NCBI RefSeq assembly: GCF_001194135.2
Contig: NC_068986.1
Location: forward strand, 20,553,349 to 20,617,348
DNA length: 64,000 nt
From: Octopus bimaculoides
Lineage: Eukaryota
Direction: 5' to 3'
The notes under the pieces are model-generated. The model was not told the DNA's origin. It saw only the letters and a program-made list of their open reading frames with translations, and did not search any database. A program made the translations under genes and the position numbers. Shown here piece after piece: positions 39,213 to 52,650 of the stretch; position 1 is the first letter of the stretch, and each line of letters opens with the position of its first letter.

Positions 39213-39940
39213 TTAAAATTAAGTACCAATTATAGTGTCAATCCATTAAAGCATATTCTTCCAAATGTTAATTATTACAGTATATTTAAAATAACATTTA
39301 CAATATATTTAAAATGACATAAAATAATTTTTCTTTTGTCATTAATCCTTGGTGGTGCTCCAGCATGACCACAGCCACATGGCTGGAACAAGTAAAAGTA
39401 TAATTATAATGCAATCAGTTCAAGTAGAGTATATGAGGGATATCAAAATGGCTTTAATTTTTATGGTATTTAACTAACTGGCGGGAGTGAGGATGAGGGC
39501 TCTGATTCCAAACTGCTTTTTTTTTTTTTTTCTGTGGATTGTAGCTTGATCTGCACAAACCCACTGATATCAGAACATCCATGGAAATTTGTATTAAATT
39601 CTGTCACTGATTATCTAGATACTTCATAAATTGTTAGGAATATCAATGGTTGTTGGAATAAGAAAAATTGAGTTTCATCCTTCGATAATGGTTAAAAATC
39701 TTTGAAAAGGTGGGATATTTTAATGGTTAAAATAGACACAGAAGTGTCTCAGGAACAGGAAATAATCACATTAAATCTGGTAATGTGTAGCTTTAGTGGG
39801 GTGGGTGGGGAGACACTAGATTAAGTTGAATGGGGAGCTGCTGTATTGTAGGAATGATTGTCAGCCCCTAAGTAGAGATTATGAATTTATATGAGAGTAA
39901 ATTTTAAACCATTTTTTTTCTTTATTTTTGTGTATTTCAG

Positions 39941-40046
39941 TTTGATTGACCTAGCAATTGACACCTACAAACGAGCTATTGAACTACAGCCCAATTTTCC
40001 AGATGCTTATTGTAACCTAGCCAATGCACTGAAGGAGAAGGGTAAA
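39941..40046 (+). CDS. OGT: OGT exon 7b (106 nt): [35 protein letters not shown]
   Basis: tttcag|T…AAA|gtaagg. Confidence 0.97.
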
Positions 40047-42087
40047 GTAAGGAAGGTTAGAGTGTCTAAAATACATTTCTCTCCTTTTATTGTCCGTATT
40101 CTGTGTCTCAATAATACATTTTGCATTTTAATAAAAAAATACTTAATATACAGACAATAGTTACGGGCAATATTAGTAGGAATGTGAAATTGGTGGGTTG
40201 CACTTAAATTATTATAGGCAGGGGTAATAAAATTGAGTAATTTTTTTTCTATTATTTCTAATGATATTTGAAAATTATTTTAGCAGTTTTGATGGTAGAG
40301 ACAATAGAAAACATGCCTTGTTGCTTTTTCAGTGTCTAGTCTGGTACATCACTTGCTCTGAGCTAAAATCTTGCCAGAGTTGACTTTGCCTCTCTTTTGG
40401 GTAAGGCTAGTGAAATAAATACCAGTGACATACTGAGGTTTTGATTTGATCAACTCTTATTACTTTCCCTTTTAAATTTTTTTCTCCCTCAAATCAAAAA
40501 GAAATAATTATCAAAATCTTTGTCAAAATTTTAGCAAGTAAAACACTATCGTTCTGTGATGACATTTTGCATCATGTGCACCCATATAATTTCATATTGC
40601 TACTGAGGAGGGAGATGCTAAATGGCTATCTTGTAGAAAAAATGTCATACACTCATTGTTAATGTGAGCTTTGTATTAACAGTTAAGAGTTCCCTAAACC
40701 TTAGTCATTTTTTCCGTGAACATGAACTGAAGAAACTTTGTTCTGAATTAAACAAGATTTATTATTAATCATGTTCATTAGTCAGTAGCTTCTCAGATCT
40801 ATTTTTTAACATCTGAAAATAGGAATTTATATAGCTTTTCAAAAAATTTTTACAACTCTGCTGGGCTAAGGCATTCAGAGATTTGAGTTTCGTACTTTGC
40901 TCTTTGGGTATAATTCTTGGATTTTTTTGTAATCATAGGAACATTTGTAATCATTAAAATTGAAGGAATTTTTTTTTAAAATTACAAAGGCAAAACAAAC
41001 TACATTAAAGTTTATAAATAATAGTTAAAATGTATTTTTGATAAAACTGCTTTTTCTGATAAAATTTGTGTGTTTTATATGCTTGAAAGTGTGTGTGTGT
41101 GTGTGTGTAAATGAATGAATGAATGAAAATATATATAAATACACACAAATTTTAGATATTGATTTTGTTTATATCATTTTTCTTATATTTTTTTAGTAAT
41201 TTTATTTTACCTTTTTTTGAAAATAACTATATTACTTGCATTATTGGGGTTTGTTTAAAAATGTAAGTGCTTGTATAGAATTGGATCTAAGAAATCCTCA
41301 TTAATTAAGGTTCCAATTATTTAATATTCATAAAAATAAATCCGCTTCATTTGTACTTGACAGTCTTAAATTAATTAATATAGAAAGTATGAATTAGTGA
41401 ATATAAATTTATTTGGACGTAATTCACAAATAATTCTAAATACCTTCTAGGATAATTATTTCAAGATTTTTTTTTTTTTTACTAGGCCTCATGTTTTATA
41501 ACAGTCTATTTTATTCAACCAGTGCTTTTTATGGTAACTGCAAGCAATTTGATTAAAAACATACAAGTTCATTTAGTAGCTACTGATTTCCTTGAATTGT
41601 TGAATTGTAGCTTATGTGGTTTTTTAAAAGAAAATTAGTATAATTTAAACATAGACAGAGCATGTGTTCCCTCATTTGATTAAATTTGCATTTAAAAATA
41701 CTTTTACATATCTGAATATTTCTCTATTCATTTATGTTGGGTTCTCTAAATATTCATTTTGATATGAAGATAACTTTCTGTTAGATGGTAGCTGTTTTTG
41801 TAGTTAAAAAAATATGAAATGAAGACATGAGGCCTTTTAGCAAGTATGACTTATTATATCACTTGTCTTATCATCTCCCAGAGCTGTATGCTTTTTGTAA
41901 TGTTTCTTCTGGTTGAAAAATTACTAGGCTAAATCACTTTTGCTTCAAACTTGTTAATTTCTTTTTTGTGTCAGTTACGAAATATATTTAATCTATTGAT
42001 ATAACTACCAATTCACTATTTAACGAGATCAGAAAAATTAAGTTGTTTTGTCAATAAAATAAAGTTAGGTCTGACTCTTTGTATACA

Positions 42088-42112
42088 TTGGGTTATCTGG
42101 AAAGGTCATGGC

Positions 42113-42147
<35 letters not shown>

Positions 42148-43244
42148 GGAAAGTAAAAGACAAAACAAAATTATGCAGTTAAATATTTATTCAACTAAAT
42201 ACGAACCATTTTGTTGCACAACTTTTCTCCATCTTTCCTTCAACTTAAAGCTTCTGTCTTCCCAGAATTTTGGTGATTTCTTGTCAAAAACTCCATTTAG
42301 GTGGTTTTTTTATGTCCCCCAAAGAATTAAAATTTTTACTATTGAGATTTTTTTGCAAGGACCTGAATAAATGAAAATCTGAAGGAACAATATCTGGTGA
42401 ATATGGTGGGTGGGGTAACACATCCTAGCCAAACTGCATTTATTTGCCAAATAAATGTGAGGTCTGACATTATCCTGATGAAAAACAATACCTTTCCTGT
42501 TTGCCAATTCTGTGCGTTTTTCTGGAATTGCTACCTTTAAATTGTCCAGTTGCAAGCTATACTTCTCAGAATTAATTGACTGGTTACTTGGCAGAAGCTC
42601 ATAGTACAGGATTCCTTTCCAATCCCAATAGATGTAGAGCATTACTTTCTTAGGATGAAGACCTGTTTTTGGGGTAGCTAAAGGTCGCTCATGTCGCTTA
42701 TCCCAGAATCTTTTTCACTGAACATTGTTGTAAATGATCCATTTCTCATCACTCGTCACAATTTGCTTTAAAAAGGGTGCATTTTCATTGTTTATACAAT
42801 AAATCACAGATAGAAATGCAATTCAAAAGATTCTTTTCACTCAGATCATGTGGTATCCAAACATCATAGCGATTTGAGTACCCAAGCTTCACTAAGTGTT
42901 CATGGATGGTGGATTTTGATATAAGGCTACAGTCACCAACTCTAAACTTAGTGAACCACTTCTATACAGTTCTGTCAGCTAAAGCACCTTCACCATACTC
43001 AGCACATTTCGTTTTTGTTGCTTGTGGGACCTTTTTGCCTTTACAGTAATAAAAAGGCCTCAAGTGTCTAAAATGCACCTTATAATCTTCAATTTCCATA
43101 GGGATGCAAAATCGACATGAATTAAGTAATTTTGTGCGCTAACCAGAAATGTAAGCACATTATGTGTGTCGATAAATCTGATGTGTTCGAACATGTCAGA
43201 ACATGAACAACTAAAGATTGGCATGAACTTTCCGGATGACCCAA
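42088..43244 (-). mobile_element. Mariner transposon, inactivated, both TIRs present
   Basis: TIRs ATTGGGTTATCTGGAAAGGTCATG / CATGAACTTTCCGGATGACCCAAT (21/24), TA at 43245-46. Confidence 0.9.
42190..43099 (-). pseudogene. Mariner (DD34D) transposase pseudogene
   Basis: MEIEDYKVHFRH…KWFTKFRVGD / ISKSTIHEHLVKLG…WIPHDL / VTSDEKWI…YWDWKGILYYELL…HQDNVRPH…HPPYSPD; stops, frameshifts and an internal deletion. Confidence 0.9.
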
Positions 43245-43455
43245 TACAATTCCAAATATATTTCAAAAATGTATTTTTAGTCATGTCATTTATGCTTGTT
43301 GGTTGAAATTTTAATTTGGCTTTTCTTTTTAGTTTATTCATCTTTTGAATTTATTAAACTGATTTTTTTTTTTGTTTTTTTTTTGTTTTCTACTTTTGTG
43401 ATTTCTTTAACGATCACCTTTACTTTAGAAATGGTTTGCACTATTTCTCGTTTAG

Positions 43456-43656
<201 letters not shown>

Positions 43657-44559
43657 TGAGACTGCTTTCAGAATATTGTAGTTGAGTGTGTGTTTGCATT
43701 TTAGTCTGTAGAAGAGAGAATGTCTAGCTTCTGCAAACTCTCACAGATTAAAGAGGTTGGGTTGTTTAGAAGGTTGCAAGTGGTTATATTTGCAAGAAGA
43801 AAAGATTGGGTGAAATGTCGTGCGGAAGAGATGCAAGTGAATTAAATGGTACACTTCTTATGGGATCAGAGAAACAGGAACTATTAGAGAAGGGACTGGC
43901 TAATAGTTTGTCAGTGTGTTATTGGGTTGGGTGCACTTAGAAATTAATTGTGATTACATGAATACTTTATGTATAAAACTGAAATCAATCCCAGTGTATC
44001 AGGAAGATGAAAATTCAATGTGGTATTAATATATCTGATGTCTACACATCATTTGAGATCTAATACACATTTCTGGCGTTAGGTTTATTTCCAAGCCGAG
44101 TATTTCATTTCTTTATTTTCTGTTATAGCAGATGTTCAATGCATCTGGCACTGTTCTTTTCAGCTATTTATATATCATTTTAAATTAAATGTGAAGTTCT
44201 TGTCTCTTTGGACCTAGCATTAGTCTTGAAAACTTGAATGTTCACAGCATGTTATCTATAACATCAGAAAGTGTCTGTCTCTGTAAAATTCAGCATTCTA
44301 AAAAAAAGCCCTTCAGCATCCAAGTTGAAACTAGTTAACAAATTGAGTGCATCTAGGAAGAAAAAAAAATTGCAGAATATCTATTATATACCAAGAATGG
44401 TTTTTTGATTAATCAGATTAAAAAGCATTTCAGAAGTAGGCATTTTTCTCCTCTCATGTTACATTATCCAGCTGAATATCAAATGTCTAAACCAGCTCAG
44501 CTATCACATTTACATACAGCTGGTGATACCTTTATATATCTTTTGTTTTTGTTTTCAAG

Positions 44560-44660
44560 GTGTATCCTGAATTTGCAGTTGCACATTCAAATCTTGCAAG
44601 TGTTTTGCAACAGCAAGGTAAACTCCATGAAGCCCTCATGCATTATAAAGAAGCAATACG
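44560..44660 (+). CDS. OGT: OGT exon 9-equivalent (101 nt): [33 protein letters not shown](R)
   Basis: ttcaag|GTG…CG|gtaagt. Confidence 0.98.
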
Positions 44661-45515
44661 GTAAGTTCAGATTTTGATTGGGGACTTAATCTCTAATGAA
44701 AGTCTTTTGTGATAAGATGTAAGAATATTTTTGTTTAGATTTTTATATAGTGATTGGTTTTCAGAGCAATCATAGATAGAATAAATTTTGAAATATGCTT
44801 TTGGGCAAGTGTCCTCTGATTGGCCGAAACCTTGAGAGTGGAAGTGATAAATTGTATAAAAATTAATATGTAGCATCATTTTACAGCCACACACAGAAAA
44901 ATGCAATTCTTTGTGTGGTTTGTGTTTCCTTGTCTTTTACATCGTGCAATAGTTGTAAACAAGTAGTATCCTTTGTGTCCAAGTTTCTGTGGAAATAATG
45001 TCTGACCATGGGAGAAATATTACCTAACTTGGAAACAGGTTGGTGATAGGAAAAGCATCCAGGTGTAGAAAATCAATGAATTCTCCCTGTCCTTTGTAAG
45101 CATGGAGAAGTGGAAATTAGCCTGATGATGATGATGATTACATTATAACAACTGAAAATAAGATATTTATTTTACTCACTCTTCAAAGATCTCATCTTAG
45201 CTGAACTTTAAAAGTAGTTAAGCCATGTAGATCAGATTTACTTCCCTCTGTGAACATTGTTTTCTAAACAAATGTTGAATAAATTGCCTAATTTACTGTA
45301 CCTTCATCCTCCTGAAGATAGAATCATACATTACTCAATGTTAGAAATAATTTAGTATTTTTTAAAAGAAAAATTCTCAGTATTAACCATGGTGTGTAAT
45401 TAGTTTGAAGAACCACACCCTTGTTTTCCATAGATTTTCTTTCATCGGTTTACAATATAAAACCCTTCATTTCTACCTGTTGAATTGTGAAGTGCCTAAT
45501 GATATATTGTACTAA

Positions 45516-45791
<276 letters not shown>

Positions 45792-46418
45792 TAATTTTTT
45801 TTTCTGTGAACCAATAGTATTAATTTCAAATTACAGAAACAATTTAGACATTGAGTAATTGAATGAAGAGTTACTGAGAATTGAGTGTTGGTAATCTGAT
45901 TGCTTGTTAACATAAGAATTGGAGATTTTGAGTATTGGTTGATCCCAGCTGTCTAGATTCAACCAAAACTAATCAAACATTCTGGTTGTGACCATCCTGT
46001 CTTACTCTTAGGGAAAGTGTACCCAGGAATAAGTTATCCAATGTCTTGCATTTTCAAGGTTGTAAGATATCATTTGAGGCTGGTTGGGCTGCTTTTTCTA
46101 ACATATTAAAGTATCATGTAGAAGTTGTAAGCTGACTCGAGGATGGTGTCAGAACTAGAGTTCAAGGTTTTTTTAGATGATGTGAACTAAAAGTTAATGA
46201 ATTTTGTGTCACAACACTAACTATCTCTCATTTGGATTACAACACAAGTTATTCAAATGTTTCATAGCAGCAACTTAAGACTCAATTGTACTTGGTCTTA
46301 CGACAAATCTGATATACTCTTAGGGGCGTTTTTTTTGTGTGTATGTATGTGCCATAAACTCTTCCTTTAATGTATATAGAAGAATTAGGTTTGTTTAAAA
46401 CTATCTCACTTTTTGCAG

Positions 46419-46520
46419 GATTCTGGTAACATTCCTGAAGCTATTGCATCTTATAGGACAGCTTTGAAGTTGAAGCCGGATTTTCCTGATGCATACTGCA
46501 ATCTTGCTCACTGTTTACAG
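46419..46520 (+). CDS. OGT: OGT exon 11-equivalent (102 nt): [34 protein letters not shown]
   Basis: ttgcag|GAT…CAG|gtaacc. Confidence 0.98.
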
Positions 46521-47500
46521 GTAACCATTTTTTTTGTTCTGTACATCAACTGTTGCTACAAAATCTAAGCTGATAGAATCGGAGACTGCTTCAACACAAT
46601 GGAATGTAAAGAGAGAAAAAAAAAAGCTTTACAAATAAAAAAGAAAAAAAAAAACATTTGGAAAAATTTCCAAAAGGTTCTGAGATAAAATTAATGTAAC
46701 AATCTTAGGTGGTGTACAATGTTTCACGATATTTTTTTTATCTAAATATAGAACTCTGCAGGGTGATTGGTATTAGGAAGGGCATCCAAATGTAAAAACT
46801 ATGCCAAAACACACAGAAGTTTGGTACAATTTTCTGCTTGGCCAGCTCCTCTAAAACCGTCCACCCCATGCCTGCATGGAAAGCAGATGTTAAATGATGA
46901 GAATGGTGAATGCATAGTTGGTTGGTAACATGTGACCAAGGGTGGTCCCAGGTGGGTTGGTAATGTCAAAAGCTAATATAAATGGGAATTTTTTGTTGAA
47001 AGTTTAGATGTTTGTTTATTGTGATAACATTTGTTTTATGGCTCAGTGCTATTTGTATTGATTTGTAACACTGAAATTAGAGAAAGTAAGTCACAAACTA
47101 ACTGGTTCCACTCTTACTATGAAGCTACAATGATGATGGTAATAAAATGTTTGAAATTGTATCTGTATGATCAATCTTTTTAGCATGAATAGTGTTACTT
47201 CTATTCAGCCAGTAAACCCATCCACGACACACAAGTATAAATTTTATATAAAGAGGTGGTAATAATTTTAATAATAAGAGCATTACTGGTCAATGCAAGT
47301 TGGTGATTGATGGTTGTAAGACCAGCGGTGAGAAAGGAGTGTATTTAAAACCAACTGAATGTTGTATTATAAATCTATGCTATTGTAGTATGATAAAAGA
47401 AACCTAAGACTAGTGTTCTCCCTGTTTTTGTCCCCCTTCCCCACTTTTATTCTGTGTTTTGAAGCTGAAATTAAACAAATTTTTTTGCATTCTTATCCAG

Positions 47501-47680
47501 ATTGTTTGCGATTGGACTGATTACGACAACCGTATGAAACGCCTTGTTCAAATTGTTCAGGACCAATTAGAAAAGAATCGACTTCCTTCTGTCCATCCTC
47601 ATCATAGTATGCTTTATCCGCTCTCTCATTCTGTTAGGAAAGCTATTGCATCACGGCATGCTAACCTTTGTTTGGAAAAG
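47501..47680 (+). CDS. OGT: OGT exon 12-equivalent (180 nt): [40 protein letters not shown]…NLCLEK
   Basis: atccag|ATT…AAG|gtcagt. Confidence 0.98.
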
Positions 47681-47870
47681 GTCAGTTTGATGATTTCCAT
47701 ATATCTATTTCTCGACTTGTGGCTAATTGATTTGACATCATTGTACGAGTATTTTGTATAAATGCTAAACTAGTTTATTAAAATTAATAATTTTAATCAT
47801 TTGAAAATTTACTACAATGTTAATCTTTCACACTTTTCTAATATGTCTGGCTTCTCTTTTTTGTCAACAG

Positions 47871-48026
47871 ATTAATGTATTACATAAACCTCCCTACCAG
47901 CATTCCAAAGTTCTTTCTCCGGATGGCCGTCTACGTATTGGTTATGTCAGCTCTGATTTTGGCAATCATCCAACTTCTCATTTAATGCAAAGTGTTCCTG
48001 GTATGCACGAGCGTAGTAAAGTGGAA
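47871..48026 (+). CDS. OGT: OGT exon 13-equivalent (156 nt): [52 protein letters not shown]
   Basis: caacag|ATT…GAA|gtaagt. Confidence 0.98.
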
Positions 48027-49018
48027 GTAAGTAATTGTTTTTCTTTACATTTCCCCTTCTCATTCTTGGTTTTCATTTCACTTTTAACTTCATCACTTTA
48101 ACATGTTCTCTGTGTAGTGCTTTCTCATAGACAAGAGATCATCTTGTATAATGTCAGGTGAAAGATTATACATTAAGAAGACTTGTGCCTTCAAAAGTCC
48201 TATCCTACTTTAACTTTTCATCTTCTGATATAAATCCACCTCCTTCAGTACTACTCCCCACCCTCAGTTGAAGGCTCATGTCTGACAGGGTACTTGGAGA
48301 CCTCAATAATGCTGGTGCCACTTAAAAGGCACCCAGCAAACACTGCAAAGTGGTTGGCATTAGGAAGGTCTTCCTCTTATAGAGGCCATGTCAAAGCAGA
48401 CATTGGAGTTTGGTGCATTCCTCAGACTTTCCAGCTCCTGGTGAACTGTCCTGTCCTTGCCAGCATGGACAAGGATGTTAAACAATGATAATCTCGTAGG
48501 CAAATGTATTCAATTTGCCTTTGATAGCATTTAGTAATACAAAGATGATTTAACCACTATAAACTCTAAACTTAGCGTAAAATGTTTGTCCAGCCAATAC
48601 TGGCTGAGATAAATGATGCTTGGTTACTATATAGTCATTTTGTGGTCTAATTTATCATACTGCCATAATAGAGTTTGCTGCTTTGTTCTTTGTGCCCAGC
48701 TGTGGTTACACTTTACCTTTTTGTTAATTGTATTTCTGTTGAAATTCACTCTTTGAGTTAATGTAAAAAATAATGAAAAATTAAGTAACTGACTGTCGAT
48801 ATTTACATAATGTTTGGAACATAAATTAACAGGAAATTTTAACTTTAAAACCGGAAGCTTGTCTCATAAGTCATCAAACATTCAGTAATTGAAATTTGCC
48901 ATCCAGTATTTTGTCATTTGCTTTTTTAAGTAGTGAAACTAGTAATTTGAAATATGAACTTTTCGTATATAAATTATGTGAAAATTAAGTTTAATGTTTC
49001 TTTTTGTGATTTTTGCAG

Positions 49019-49108
49019 ATATTTTGTTATTCATTGAGTCCAGATGATGGAACTACGTTCCGAGCTAAAATAGGAAAAGAAGCTGAACATTTTGTAGATT
49101 TATCACAG
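49019..49108 (+). CDS. OGT: OGT exon 14-equivalent (90 nt): [30 protein letters not shown]
   Basis: ttgcag|ATA…CAG|gtgaga. Confidence 0.98.
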
Positions 49109-50054
49109 GTGAGAATTTGTTGGTTATTATCTGATATAGTGTGTACTATTGCATTGACTTCCAAGCGTAGTTATACTTACGAATATTTAGCATTTAAAAT
49201 GCTGGTGTTTTAGATCTGTTGAGGTCTTCATTGAAAAAGTTATGGAACTAAGGAATTTATCCTAGAGTTTGTATTGAAGAGGCTAGATGTGGCCAGTTTG
49301 TTTGAACAAGTAGCACCATTTTTAATGGTTGCATTTGATCGGAGTTGACATAGTTTCTTTTCATGTATTCAGTTATTTAAATTGGTTATTATTATACAAA
49401 TACATGTAGCATCATTTGTCACTGATTCATTGATCATTCATCTGGGGTAATGCTCAATAGTGAAGCATGACATATTTATCACAAATTGACCAACACAAGT
49501 TGGCGATACCATCAAAGATTCAGCTTTTATTGCCAAATTGCACTTCATTGATCATCCACAATCCTCAGCTCTACAGAATAAATTGACTATCACTTGTGTA
49601 TACATGACTGTGCTGGAAGTTTTTTTTTTTTACACAGGTTTACATACACCCATCAACATGGGATCAGTAAACAAAATTCCAAGGCACCTGATCTTAAATG
49701 ATGTAGAGGGGTGTATTCTCTACAAGAAAAAGTAGATGAAAATATGTGGTGGTGGAAGCTTCACTGTTGTGGATGTCACAAGTTTTCTGTCAATGAATCA
49801 ATCATTTTTTTTTTCTATTTACAAAGTGCACAAAAATTATTAATGAAACTCGTTAAATAAGGACATGTAAATAATTCACATTAAATATTTATTCAGTTAG
49901 ATCTTTTTAAGAAGCATATTGATCACCTATTTCATAGACTTAATGGCCTCATTGATTACTGAAATTTCTATGTAATTTATTTAGAAAGTAATAATTTTCA
50001 TATTTATCCAGTTGCTTTTTTGCTAACCAAGCTCTGTTTCTTTTTTAAACTAAG

Positions 50055-50180
50055 ATACCATGCAATGGGAAAGCTGCCGACAGAATATATGCAGATGGAA
50101 TCCACATTCTCATCAATATGAATGGTTATACAAAAGGAGCTCGCAATGAGCTGTTTGCCCTCCGCCCAGCTCCAATCCAG
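50055..50180 (+). CDS. OGT: OGT exon 15-equivalent (126 nt): [42 protein letters not shown]
   Basis: actaag|ATA…CAG|gtaaga. Confidence 0.97.
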
Positions 50181-50261
50181 GTAAGATTTGCCTTAACAAA
50201 AATATTGATTTTTATTCATAATGATGGAAAAAAAAACCCAGTTCTGCCATTGTTGAATTAT

Positions 50262-50650
50262 TATTAATGAGTTGGCATGTTGGGCAAAACCCTTGGCGTC
50301 ATTTCTTCCATCTTTATTCTCTGAGTTCAAATGTTGCTGAGGTCGACTTTGTCTTTCATCCCTTTGGGGTTGATAAAATAAGTACTGGCTGAGCACCAGA
50401 TTCAGTGTAAGCTGTTTGTCTCTACCTTCAAAATTTCATCCCCCATGCTTATCGTTGAAAGGATTATTAAAATGGTGAGCTGGCAGAATTATTAAGCAAG
50501 CTGGACGAAATGGTTAGCAGCGTTTTTTCCAGCTTTATGTTCTGATTTCAAATGCCACTGAAGTTCACTTTGCCTTCTCATCCTTTTTGGGTTGATGAAA
50601 TAAGCAGCAATGGAGTAATGAGGCTGATGTAATTGACTTACGCCTCCCCT
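50262..50650 (+). mobile_element. Two tandem older copies of the Nin/MESC-like SINE
   Basis: gagttcaaatgttgctgaggtcgactttgtctttcatcc… at ~50325 and a second degenerate copy from ~50476. Confidence 0.7.
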
Positions 50651-51214
50651 AAAATAACCAACCAAATGCCAAAATTTTAAACCACTATTATTATCTGCCT
50701 GCTTCAATCACTCAAAAATTCCATTGTTGTCAGCCACTTGAGTATATTCATCTTACTGACAGATTATAGGTATTTTAAACACTTAAATATTTTTCTGTAG
50801 AAATTCTCATCTCTTATAATTGATATTCACATGGAAGTTTTGTATTGGTATTATCCTAATATTACTTATTGAATCTCTTCACTTCAGGAATGTTTTCTAA
50901 AAATTGTTTTTCTTTGTCAATTGAAATATGGAAAAATGTTCTGTAGATATTGCCAGTTAATTAATCCTTATTTGTTGATAATGCAAATATCACATCATAG
51001 ACAACTTTCAAATTAGTTCAGAGTATAATATGATTGAAGCATTTTAGCAGTTGATGCACAGTGCTTCTTAGTTTTGGTCAAACAATTTTTCTATATTAGT
51101 CTCAACTGCTTTAAAGTGAAATGTGTTCAATGGTTGATAGATTTTGCTTAAGTATTTTTAGTGTAGTAACTTCTAATGAATTCAAGTTAACTTTTCTAAA
51201 AATTTGTTTTGTAG

Positions 51215-51502
51215 GTAATGTGGCTTGGTTATCCTGGAACAAGTGGAGCTCCTTTCATGGACTATATTATTACAGATGCAGTAACCTCTCCTCTCTACTT
51301 GGCTAATCAATATTCAGAAAAGTTGGCATATATGCCAAATACGTTTTTTATTGGTGACCACCGGCACATGTTTCAGCATTTAGTTGAGCGTGTTGTTATA
51401 GAAACAAAGGACGGTAAAGTAGCTGACAATATTCAAATTATCAATGGTACAAATTTGGAACCTTTAAAGTCTGCGGCTGAAATAAAAATGGGTGAAAACG
51501 AG
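51215..51502 (+). CDS. OGT: OGT exon 16+17-equivalent (288 nt): [21 protein letters not shown]…[10 protein letters not shown]
   Basis: ttgtag|GTA…GAG|gtatgc; overlaps ORF 51218..51553. Confidence 0.96.
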
Positions 51503-52473
51503 GTATGCATATTTTATTTTTGCTTATATTTGTTTAATATATTTGGCGTTTAGATATTTTACTTTTTGTGAGATAAAAAAGCATTGCTAATCACTGTATA
51601 TTATTGTTATAAGCAGATATTTTCTATAACCCTAGGCCAACTAAAACCTTGTTAGTGGATTTGGTAGTTGAGAACTGAAAGAAGCCCATTGCATATGCAA
51701 GTGTGTGTTTGTGAACTCTTGGCCACCATATTGTGAGATTGTTCATTTCCAAGTCTCTATGAAAAGCATGTCTGGACTTGGGGAAATATTACATTGCTTG
51801 GAAATAGAAGACTGGTGGCAAGAAGGGCATCCAGCTGTTGAAAATATGCCTCTGCAAATTCTCTCGGACCCATGCAAGCATGGAAGAGTGGAGATTAAAT
51901 GCTGATGAGCTAATCTTATGAGTGCTTAATATGCTAACCCCTTTTCTATTATTTGCGGTACCTACATTTATGTTAATTAGCGAAAGACAAGTTCTGAAAT
52001 TTTTTCACTTATTCTTCCCAGTTAAAAAAATTTTTTTTTATAATACTTAAGAAATATGTTAAAACAGTTTTGTGTGAAGTTGATTTATGATAGAATGCTC
52101 ACACTCTTAGTTGAAAGATTACTGGGTTTATAGCTAAGACATTAAAATAAGTTTAGGTGACTCTGCTAAGTAACGAGATCATTGCTGTAATCAACCTCTG
52201 GATAAATCTTGTTAATTAAGCTCCACCAAGCTTACTAGTTCCTGGCATATTGCATGAAGATTAAATCTGCAGAAGCATCCAGTGATTCTAATCTGTTATA
52301 GGCCAAATAATATAAACTTCTGGCAAAATATTGAGGTGGAGGAAGGGTTTTCGCAAATGAGAACTTTGAACNNNNNNNNNNTTTAATTTTAAAACTACAT
52401 CTGTTGTATTTTTCGTGTGTGGATGTGGGTGCTTGTTCATTTAATTTATCGTTTTCCTTATATCCACTCTCAG

Positions 52474-52650
52474 ATGAATAAGAAAATTATTCCAAATGAG
52501 ACCAATGATGTAAAATCTAATGGTACACAAATTGCTTCTGCTGTTTTGGAGAATCCAGTCACCACTGTGATGCAAAATCTAATTAAGACTGAAGTTGCTT
52601 CAACATGCATTAATGGAATTATTGTACAAAATGGATTAACCTCGAGCCAA
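52474..52650 (+). CDS. OGT: OGT intervening-domain exon (177 nt): MNKKIIPNETNDVKSNG…INGIIVQNGLTSSQ
   Basis: tctcag|ATG…CAA|gtaggt; ends in the OGT-typical INGxxxxNGL. Confidence 0.93.

Noticed and set aside
40042-40047. Alternative donor G|GTAAAG 5 nt upstream of the exon 7b donor
   Set aside because: Weaker than the adjacent GTAAGG and frameshifting, with no support beyond the motif.
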